Source: an uncultured Verrucomicrobiota bacterium (GTDB lineage Bacteria > Verrucomicrobiota > Verrucomicrobiia > Limisphaerales > AAA164-E04). Taken from it: a stretch of DNA of 64,000 nt. The stretch covers positions 3,152 through 67,151 of the forward strand of contig CAYFGX010000033.1 of NCBI GenBank assembly GCA_964342405.1, given 5' to 3'. The notes below the pieces were generated by a model. It ran no database searches. It saw only the letters and a program-made list of their open reading frames with translations, and was not told the origin of the DNA. Shown here one piece after another: positions 57,099 to 64,000 of this stretch (positions are counted from its first letter, which is position 1; the number at the start of each line of letters is the position of its first letter). The translations under genes were made by a program, and so were the position numbers.

Positions 57099-57641
57099 TT
57101 AAAAGCGCGGACCTGAGAGTTTTTGCTGCAACTGCACTTGGAACTCCATGACATCTTCCTGCGAAGGCTTATAACCGGGCTCGTCCGGTGAGAGTCCCAA
57201 GCGTCCCATCTGATCCAGACTCCATCCCGCGCTCTTGCCATCAGAGAACGTCACGTTTCCACTCGCCAAGGCCCCAGCCCGGGTGATTTGGTCAACCGTC
57301 ACCGAGACGTTCGCTGCGCCGCCCGGCTCTCCCATCCCCATTGGATCAGGCCTGGCGGGTGCGGGCTCAGGTGCAGGAGCCGGCTCACTGGACGGCATCC
57401 CCGGCTCGGGCACTCCCGCTTCCGGTCCGCTTGGTCCTGGCTCAGGGGTAGGCTCGGGTTCGGGCTCCGGCTCAGGATCCTTTGGCATCACCCCCAGATC
57501 ATCTACCAGAAAGCGCACCTCCATATAGGTCACCGAAATCCCGAACTCCGAATCTAGCTTGGATTGGATCTCCGAGAGTCCTAATCCCGATTGGATCCAT
57601 TCCCGCACTGTCGCTTGTTGCGTCTCGTCCAAATTCATCAT
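57099..57641 (-). CDS. Hypothetical protein with two small domains joined by a Pro/Glu-rich linker
   Basis: N-terminal VREWIQSGLGLSEIQSKL..EFGISVTYMEVRFLVDDL; PEPEPEPEP linker; C-terminal V.VDQITRAGALASG.VTFSDG...W.LDQMGRLGL. Confidence 0.8.
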   Translation of the reverse strand: MMNLDETQQATVREWIQSGLGLSEIQSKLDSEFGISVTYMEVRFLVDDLGVMPKDPEPEPEPEPTPEPGPSGPEAGVPEPGMPSSEPAPAPEPAPARPDPMGMGEPGGAANVSVTVDQITRAGALASGNVTFSDGKSAGWSLDQMGRLGLSPDEPGYKPSQEDVMEFQVQLQQKLSGPRF

Positions 57642-57685
57642 TTCAATCGTTCACTCTAAATCTCAATCACCACCCGCTCACGCCA

Positions 57686-57901
57686 TCACTCGGGTTGGTC
57701 CAGGTAACTACCAGGCGGAAGATCGGCGTAGCCTTCGAAATGATCAGCCCGCAACGGCTCCTCGATCGCCATCTCTTCGTTATACCATTTCCCAAGGTCC
57801 ACCAACTTACACCGTTGGCTGCAAAAGGGACCGTACTGGTGCTCTAACCACAGACCTTGCTTCTTGCAGGTCGGACACTTCACCGGAGGATACTTACTCA
57901 T
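57686..57901 (-). CDS. yacG: DNA gyrase inhibitor YacG
   Basis: VKCPTCKK...[21 protein letters not shown] zinc-finger signature. Confidence 0.92.
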   Translation of the reverse strand: MSKYPPVKCPTCKKQGLWLEHQYGPFCSQRCKLVDLGKWYNEEMAIEEPLRADHFEGYADLPPGSYLDQPE

Positions 57902-58004
57902 GTCGCGCGATCAAACAAAGAAGGAGCGTGGTGTGTTTCGGAACAGATTGCAATTCGAAGTTTCTGCGGATGCAGATTCTCAGTTCGAGACGCTGAAGAA
58001 CTGT

Positions 58005-58742
58005 TCACAAACGAGAGAGCGTCTTCAGGTCCGCAAAGAGAACTCGCAAGCTTCCAATCCTTTTTGTGATTCCACCCAACCGAACCGGTTCCGCAACGAA
58101 ATCCAAAACCTCTTCATTCAATGCCTCGCCTCCCTCACCAACGACGAGATACTGCTGCCGCTCACCCGTCACGGACTCGATGACCATCAAAGGAGGAATC
58201 CCTCCGGCGATACATTGGATCGCACAGGCGCGATGTGTTTTGTAGCGACCAGGATTCATGACCCCGATATGGCACTTTGAATCGACAATTTCGCCTTTCA
58301 ACATCACCGAACGCCCCTCGGAAAACACCCCACCCTCCCCATTACCAAGCACGGTGACGGAATCTGGAACCACTTCAATCATTGAGTTCAGCTCGTCCTG
58401 AACCAGCGTTCCTTGCAGCGAGACAGACTTCAAGTGATAGCGATCAGAGACTTCTTGAGGGAATCCGAATTTAAGCGGATTGACGAGCAGCAACACCTGT
58501 CCTTTCACGGATTCACTTGTCGGAATCAGCATCGGCGAAGGCTGGCTCAAGAACACCCCTTCGAAACGCTGGACATTACCTAACGCAAAGGTCCCCCTCC
58601 CCGGGGTTCTCTGAAGCAAGCCGCACAACACGGCGGTCGCAATTGAAATTACGAGGACCCCGATAACCGATCGCCTCAACGCTGGTCGAGCCTGTGACTT
58701 ACTCCCGTCTTTCCAGCCAATAAAGAATCGCTCGTCGCTCAC
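58005..58742 (-). CDS. Membrane-anchored hypothetical protein with Cys/His motif (DSKCH...HRACAIQC)
   Basis: Start GTG 58742 overlaps the upstream TGA (GTGA) giving MSDERFFIGW; one TM; two OB-fold-like halves. Confidence 0.8.
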   Translation of the reverse strand: MSDERFFIGWKDGSKSQARPALRRSVIGVLVISIATAVLCGLLQRTPGRGTFALGNVQRFEGVFLSQPSPMLIPTSESVKGQVLLLVNPLKFGFPQEVSDRYHLKSVSLQGTLVQDELNSMIEVVPDSVTVLGNGEGGVFSEGRSVMLKGEIVDSKCHIGVMNPGRYKTHRACAIQCIAGGIPPLMVIESVTGERQQYLVVGEGGEALNEEVLDFVAEPVRLGGITKRIGSLRVLFADLKTLSRL

Positions 58743-59797
58743 GGACTTCCTTTCTCCATCCCAGGATTGGTTATCGCGGGTGGCACCGGCGTGCCAGCTG
58801 AACACGGGCTTGTGCTGACCCATACATCGCCAGCTTCAATCCGGACGGCGAAGGTCGGAATTCTCTCGTGGAACGGTTCCGGGGATCTACCATCTTGGGG
58901 TCGATACTGATAGCCATGCCAAGGGCATGTGAGACAACCATCCACGAGGCGCCCCTCAGCCAAAGGGCCGTTCTGATGCTGACAGACGCCCGACACACAG
59001 CTCACCTTATCGCCTTCGTACAGCAACACAGCAACCCGCTCGCCGGCAACCGTTGCTCCGAAAGGAATGTCTTCTTGGAGATCTGCCACCCGACAAACCT
59101 TCACAAATCCTTCAAGGTCTGGTTCGTTTTTCTCTCGATCCAAGTCTCGCCCCTGCGCCGCTGCAGCGAGATGAATCCCGGCAATAAAGACGAGTCCCCC
59201 GCCCACCAGAGCGACGTAGACGCTTGAACGCTCCGTTTGCAGTGCTCCGAATACGACATGTGCCACAAGCAACCCATAGGCTCCATACACCATCATATGC
59301 AGCGTCTTCCATACCGGCGCGGTGAGATTACTGAGCCAGAAATCGTGACTCGTCGCCGCCATAACGAAGAGAATCAGAAAGGCGAGAAACCCAAACGCCT
59401 GAAACGGAATCGCGGTCGGTCGAATGCCCGCATCGACCGTGAGCACAGACAGAATCGGATTCACATCACTCCCGACATGGTAAGTCAGGATGGCGATCAG
59501 AGCATGAGCCAAAGCCAAGAGAAACAGGCTCACTCCCATATGACGCCGATTGTAGAGCAAGGGCAAGAATCTCGTGTCCAATCGAGCCAACGGACCAATC
59601 GCGAGCGTGAGATGCAACAACATAAAGGCCGCCACTCCGACCCCACGCATCAACAAAATTTCAATACTCATCTCTGGCTTCACCGCCAGGCCCGCCAGAA
59701 CGAAGGCGAGCAGAAACCCAGCGATACCCGCCCCGAGTATTCGGTCGTATCGCTTCTTAAACAGATTCCATCCGACAGCTTGGTAAGAGACAGACAT
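58739..59797 (-). CDS. Ferric reductase-like (MsrQ-type heme b) transmembrane domain fused to a Rieske [2Fe-2S] domain
   Basis: IGPLAR, NRRHMGV, LAHAL, AATSHD, WKTLH..VY.AY.L...H; Rieske CQHQNGPL and CPWHGYQY. Confidence 0.9.
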   Translation of the reverse strand: MSVSYQAVGWNLFKKRYDRILGAGIAGFLLAFVLAGLAVKPEMSIEILLMRGVGVAAFMLLHLTLAIGPLARLDTRFLPLLYNRRHMGVSLFLLALAHALIAILTYHVGSDVNPILSVLTVDAGIRPTAIPFQAFGFLAFLILFVMAATSHDFWLSNLTAPVWKTLHMMVYGAYGLLVAHVVFGALQTERSSVYVALVGGGLVFIAGIHLAAAAQGRDLDREKNEPDLEGFVKVCRVADLQEDIPFGATVAGERVAVLLYEGDKVSCVSGVCQHQNGPLAEGRLVDGCLTCPWHGYQYRPQDGRSPEPFHERIPTFAVRIEAGDVWVSTSPCSAGTPVPPAITNPGMEKGSP

Positions 59798-59803
59798 GGG
59801 ACT

Positions 59804-59962
59804 TCAGGGTGCCACGGTTTCAACTGGCGTTTCGGGATCTGGAAGTTCGTCCATCATAGGCCACTGCGGGCGACTCCAAATGCCGTAGAGAAGAATCGCC
59901 ACCAACAAAGGGGCGAGCAAAAGCCAAAGGACGCGATGTCGAATTCGGTGATAGCGTTGCAT
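59804..59962 (-). CDS. 52-aa single-pass membrane protein (below the ORF track cutoff)
   Basis: Own translation: MQRYHRIRHRVLWLLLAPLLVAILLYGIWSRPQWPMMDELPDPETPVETVAP; fills the gap with 12 nt and 6 nt spacers. Confidence 0.75.
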   Translation of the reverse strand: MQRYHRIRHRVLWLLLAPLLVAILLYGIWSRPQWPMMDELPDPETPVETVAP

Positions 59963-59974
59963 AGCACGAAATCC

Positions 59975-60217
59975 CTACCGATTGCTCGCCTTCTGACGAT
60001 GCGCGCTCCATTCCTCGCGAGGTCTTACCCGCTTGATCCAACGGTGGAGTAGTAAAGGCCAGAACACCATACTTCCCGGTATGATGAGCAGCTTGAATCC
60101 CAGCGAGCCTTTTACCGCAACCGGATCAATCACCTTCGCACCCAAAAAGGCAAACGGGATCGCGAAAGCCAGTCCGCAGGCCAAGTACAAAGTCCCAATG
60201 TTTAAAAGGGTCGCCAT
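59975..60217 (-). CDS. Small two-TM hypothetical protein
   Basis: Y.ACG..FA..F...G...IDP....S.GF..LI.PG....WP pattern; AGGA upstream. Confidence 0.8.
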   Translation of the reverse strand: MATLLNIGTLYLACGLAFAIPFAFLGAKVIDPVAVKGSLGFKLLIIPGSMVFWPLLLHRWIKRVRPREEWSAHRQKASNR

Positions 60218-60245
60218 CGTCTAGTCCTATCTTGGGCAGCACATC

Positions 60246-63200
60246 TTAGAATTCTTCCTCCGTCCATGGTGTGGATCTAGTAGCATTCTCCCGTCGCACC
60301 CGCCCCACTTGATCGACTCCAATAGGACTTCCTTCGTTTCCAAACCCCGTCCGGACATAGTTGAGAACGTCCGCAATTTGTTGATCACTCAATCCTTCCA
60401 AGGCCGGCATCGGCACCTTGGTTGAGGACTGAAAACTCTTCCCGTTCACTTGAATGGGACCGGCGAGTCCGTGGAGCACAATGCGAATCAAGCGAGACGG
60501 GTCTCCTTCCACCCAGTCACTCTCAGCCAAGGAAGGATACACGCCCGCAAGGCCCTTCCCATCAGGCTGATGACAAGCGAGGCATGCTTGCGTGTAGACT
60601 TCCTCTCCGGCGCTTGCCACTTCTGGTGGAGTTCCCATCAAATCTCTCAGGTAGTCCAGCTGCCGTGCCGCTCCTCCCTGAAGCTCACCCGCGATCAAAG
60701 GCCCTTGCCAAGCCGGCTGCAGCGCCCGAGCGCTTTGTCGCAGCGCATATTCAAGGAAAGGATCCATGGGGTGATTCAAGACTTCGGTAGCCACCATCGC
60801 CGCCTCAGCAGAGCCCACATAGCTCGCAGCAATCACGCCTTCGAGACGAACCCGCGGATGAAAATCTGTCACACTCTTCCGAAGCAGAGCCAAGGGATTC
60901 CCGATCCGATCTGCCCACATTCCGATGACTCGCGTCCCGTAGGCCCGAACTCGAAAGTCTTCTGCGTTCAGCAACTTCGCCAGCAGATTCGGTCGAGGGG
61001 ATTCGTGAGCTTCATAAACACCAATGACTTCCAAGAGGAGCCTTTCCGAAACGGCACCCGCACCCGTTAACTGCCCTAGCCAGGTGTCCGTTGTGCGAAT
61101 GACTTCTTCGCTGGGTCGATAGAACAACAGGCGTTTCGCTTGGTAACGAGTCCAACGTTCTTCGGATCTCAATTGCTCCAACAACGCAGCAGTTCCCATG
61201 GAGGCGAGATTAGGTTGTCGCACGGACTCATATTCTTGAGCCGAAATCCGCCAAATCCTTCCATGATGCTTATCTCGCTGCGGATCCGCATAGCTCGCTT
61301 GGTAATGACCGATCACTGGATTGTACCAATCCGCCAAATACATCGCCCCATCTGGCCCCACACTGACATCGACGGGTCGGAAAGCATCGTTGTTCGAACG
61401 GATGAGCTTCGCCTGCTGGGTTGTCGAAAACCCGGCGCCGCGGTCATGAAAATCATGCAACTCTGCCACGGCACCAAAATAGCCACCAATCAAGGCACTC
61501 CCTTGTAACTCATCCGGCAAGGCGCGAGTTCCCACGATATCGATCGAAGTGGTTTTAGGAGACGTCTTGAACAAGGGGCCTACCGAATGATACTGCTCGG
61601 GCGAAGCCTGATAAGAAACACTTGCGATGTAGCGCGAACCACTGCCCAAGGGATCTGCCCCTCGCACCATTCCGGGGACAGTCCAATACCCATCCGGACG
61701 ATCACCGCTCTTGTGGAACACCTGCCCGAAATCATCAAACGCCACCCCCCAGCAATTCATGCCGGCCATCCCGCCTCCGAAAAAGCCTTCGAGGCGAAGC
61801 GTTCTTGGACGTAGCCGCCAAACGCCGGATCGATCGAGACGCGCAATACCCCAAGGGGTCTCAACTTGCGACATCGCATGGAGCCCTTGGGTAAACCACA
61901 GGCTGCCGTCCGGACCATGGGAAATCGAATTGATGAGCTGATGCGTATCACCGATTCCGAACCCCGAGAAAATCACTTCGCGCGAGTCCGCTCGAGCATC
62001 GCCATCCACATCCCGAAAATAAAGCAGCTGATCAAAGTCGCAAACGTACCATCCATCCCCCCCTGGTTCGAGCCCCTGCACCATCGTCAGCCCTTCCACA
62101 AAGCGCCACGATCGATCCACTTCCCCGTCATGATCCAAGTCCTCCAGCGCAACAATATAGTCTCCAGGCTGTTCACTTGCGCGGCTCTGCGGGTAACTTG
62201 GCGAACAGGCTACAAACAACCTCCCCCGTTCATCCCAAGCCATCTGAGTGGGATTCACCACACCGTGTTGCTCGGAGGCGAAGAGATTCACTTCAAACCC
62301 CTCCCTTACCGAAAAGGTTCCTTTTTGTTCAGTTGGTGTCAGCGCCTCCGGGGAACGATCGTTCTCTCCTTGCTTGGGCAATGGCGGAAGCGAAACGATT
62401 TCCCCTCGTGCCAAGGCGTGAATCCGCTCGTCACTCGCCTCGACGACCGATCGACGTTCCTCAAAGGCTTCTTTCAGCGATGGCTCCTCTCCCCCAGCTT
62501 TGCCATACTTTTGGGAGATCCGATCTCCATACACGAAAGACCAGTTACTGGGACGCCAGCAGTCGAACCAAACTCGATTCTTCTCCCGAATGGCCTGGCG
62601 CAACAAGGTTTCATCTGCCAACTCCACGGGTAACACCCCCAACTGCTCAGCCACAATCTGAGCCACCACCTCAAGGCCACGCTCGTTCAGATGAATGCCA
62701 TCGTTGGTGAGCCGAGGCAATGATTCGTCTCGATCACGTAACGGGGTGAAGAGATCGACAAAAACGGCTTTTCGTTCCGACGCGATTGCCTTCACAACCT
62801 GAGCGTAGGCTTCGACGTCTGTGTTCCTCTCCCTTAAATCCGGCGCGTGAGAGGCCAAAGGTTTCTCGAAAGGCATCGGCGACAGCAAAACATGCCGACG
62901 TGTCTGCTGTGCGAACTGATCGAGCAGACGGGAGTATGCCATCTTAAACTCTGTCAATCGAGCAACGCCATCAAATGCCTCCATTTGCCCAAACTGACAG
63001 ATCACAACGCTTGCTCCCGCTGTTTCCAACTGCTCGTGCCAGGCTCCGAAGTTCAACTCACGCCACTGCTCGTAAACCGTATCCGCTTCCCAAGCCATCG
63101 ATCGAATCCGCGGTTTCTGTTCCGCGAAGCCTCGCGCCAAGCGGAGCTCCAGCGCGCCATACTCTTGCTCACGAACCAAGTTTTCCTGCCCTACGAGAAT

Positions 63201-63989
63201 GACCACATCACCCTCCTGAAGTTGGAACACGCCATCCTCAAACGGGGGCAGCGGCGAAACCGGCTGGCCTGCTCCAAAACGACTTAACACCTCAGCGACC
63301 GGAGGCACATCCGGCGCCGGCAAGACCTCTAGGCTAATGTTTCGAAAGGAGATCTCGGCCTTACAATTTCCATGAATTTGAAGAGCGATGTGGCCTTCCT
63401 GTTCTATGCCCGCCTCTCGCTCAACCCAAGCAGCGGTTCGTTGGCCGTTGAGGAACAGTTCGACCTGTGAGCCAATCGCCTTGATCTCGTAATGGTTCCA
63501 CTCACCCGGGCGCTCCAAGCTTTCGATCAGAGCAGCATCGGCCTTCACCAACATCGTCCGCCTTCGGGATTCATCATAGAGGCTTCCAGAATATCCCGCT
63601 CCGATATCTGCTTGGTAGCCGATCATTTCATTCGCTGGATCCGTGATGCGCCGGCTGTGAAATTGAATACCTCCGTTGACAAAGCCCTCCGAGCCAATCA
63701 ATCGATACTCGGCCCTCAGGTGAAAATTCTGAAAGCTTTGAGTCGTTGCCAAAAACTCATTCTGCGGATTCCCCTCGAGCGAACCTCCCACGATCACGCC
63801 ATCTCGAATTCGCCAGACCTTCTCGGTATTCCCTTCCCACCCCGAAAAGCTCTTTCCATCAAACAACGCAATCGGCTCTCCCCCAAACAAGCTTACGCCA
63901 ATACTTCCCCCAAGCACCCCCAGGAAGGCACAGAGCTTCATTCCATGACAATTCAATCTTTTCATTGGACTCCACTTTCCTAGTTCCAA
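60246..63989 (-). CDS. PVC-type heme-binding protein: DUF1080 + SGNH-like + glucose/sorbosone dehydrogenase-like propeller + HEAT + cytochrome c
   Basis: LFDGKSFSGWEG, NGGIQF, GYQADIG, WNHYEI, GHIALQIHG (DUF1080); NDGIHLN; VNLFASE..VVNP..MAWDERGRLFV; ACLACH...YPSLAES, IADVLNYVR..FGN. Confidence 0.9.
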   Translation of the reverse strand: MELGKWSPMKRLNCHGMKLCAFLGVLGGSIGVSLFGGEPIALFDGKSFSGWEGNTEKVWRIRDGVIVGGSLEGNPQNEFLATTQSFQNFHLRAEYRLIGSEGFVNGGIQFHSRRITDPANEMIGYQADIGAGYSGSLYDESRRRTMLVKADAALIESLERPGEWNHYEIKAIGSQVELFLNGQRTAAWVEREAGIEQEGHIALQIHGNCKAEISFRNISLEVLPAPDVPPVAEVLSRFGAGQPVSPLPPFEDGVFQLQEGDVVILVGQENLVREQEYGALELRLARGFAEQKPRIRSMAWEADTVYEQWRELNFGAWHEQLETAGASVVICQFGQMEAFDGVARLTEFKMAYSRLLDQFAQQTRRHVLLSPMPFEKPLASHAPDLRERNTDVEAYAQVVKAIASERKAVFVDLFTPLRDRDESLPRLTNDGIHLNERGLEVVAQIVAEQLGVLPVELADETLLRQAIREKNRVWFDCWRPSNWSFVYGDRISQKYGKAGGEEPSLKEAFEERRSVVEASDERIHALARGEIVSLPPLPKQGENDRSPEALTPTEQKGTFSVREGFEVNLFASEQHGVVNPTQMAWDERGRLFVACSPSYPQSRASEQPGDYIVALEDLDHDGEVDRSWRFVEGLTMVQGLEPGGDGWYVCDFDQLLYFRDVDGDARADSREVIFSGFGIGDTHQLINSISHGPDGSLWFTQGLHAMSQVETPWGIARLDRSGVWRLRPRTLRLEGFFGGGMAGMNCWGVAFDDFGQVFHKSGDRPDGYWTVPGMVRGADPLGSGSRYIASVSYQASPEQYHSVGPLFKTSPKTTSIDIVGTRALPDELQGSALIGGYFGAVAELHDFHDRGAGFSTTQQAKLIRSNNDAFRPVDVSVGPDGAMYLADWYNPVIGHYQASYADPQRDKHHGRIWRISAQEYESVRQPNLASMGTAALLEQLRSEERWTRYQAKRLLFYRPSEEVIRTTDTWLGQLTGAGAVSERLLLEVIGVYEAHESPRPNLLAKLLNAEDFRVRAYGTRVIGMWADRIGNPLALLRKSVTDFHPRVRLEGVIAASYVGSAEAAMVATEVLNHPMDPFLEYALRQSARALQPAWQGPLIAGELQGGAARQLDYLRDLMGTPPEVASAGEEVYTQACLACHQPDGKGLAGVYPSLAESDWVEGDPSRLIRIVLHGLAGPIQVNGKSFQSSTKVPMPALEGLSDQQIADVLNYVRTGFGNEGSPIGVDQVGRVRRENATRSTPWTEEEF

Positions 63990-64000
63990 AGATCGCGGTG

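Noticed and set aside
57380-57490. Short tandem repeats suggestive of an array
   Set aside because: They encode the PEPEPEP linker; degenerate at third positions and without spacers, so not CRISPR.
59820-60041. 73-aa ORF from the track
   Set aside because: Overlaps the 80-aa gene and lacks features; the 52-aa frame 59804..59962 fits the operon better.
61866-62633. 255-aa antisense ORF (similarly 5481..6170, 16661..17272, 59237..60052)
   Set aside because: Each lies opposite a strongly supported gene and has no recognisable domain.

Overview
Gene-dense bacterial chromosomal segment with about 50 CDS. No rRNA, tRNA, CRISPR array, integrase or transposase could be supported. The gene families (PVC-type CxxCH heme proteins, H-X9-DG prepilin-like protein, DUF1592/DUF1552 pair, DUF5069, FGE-like domains) point to a PVC-superphylum organism, most likely Verrucomicrobiota; this is inference. 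Main blocks: (1) a propeller-type sensor gene running off the left edge, coupled to an FGE-like gene; (2) a sugar/sulfate catabolic neighbourhood with a sulfatase, KGSA-dehydrogenase-like ALDH, DUF5916 protein, a large deacetylase-FG-GAP-cytochrome c fusion, and L-rhamnose isomerase plus a sugar ABC transporter; (3) an accessory-looking patch at 25.3-28.5 kb with an orphan ORF, two perfect 13-bp hairpins, a lipoprotein, and a membrane protein coupled to a signal-peptide-bearing caspase-like protease; (4) transporters, DUF1592/1552, a CotH kinase-ankyrin fusion, a SET protein, a membrane pseudokinase-PEGA-FGE protein and nadA; (5) a TetR regulator with three copies of a palindromic operator, in front of itself, a small unknown gene and an MMPL/LolA-like/outer-membrane operon; (6) a DUF1080-SGNH-propeller-cytochrome c gene followed by a four-gene ferric-reductase/Rieske membrane module. 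Two real genes absent from the supplied ORF track were recovered (1..2350 and 59804..59962, both minus strand). All family calls come from motif recognition by eye; no database searches were run.
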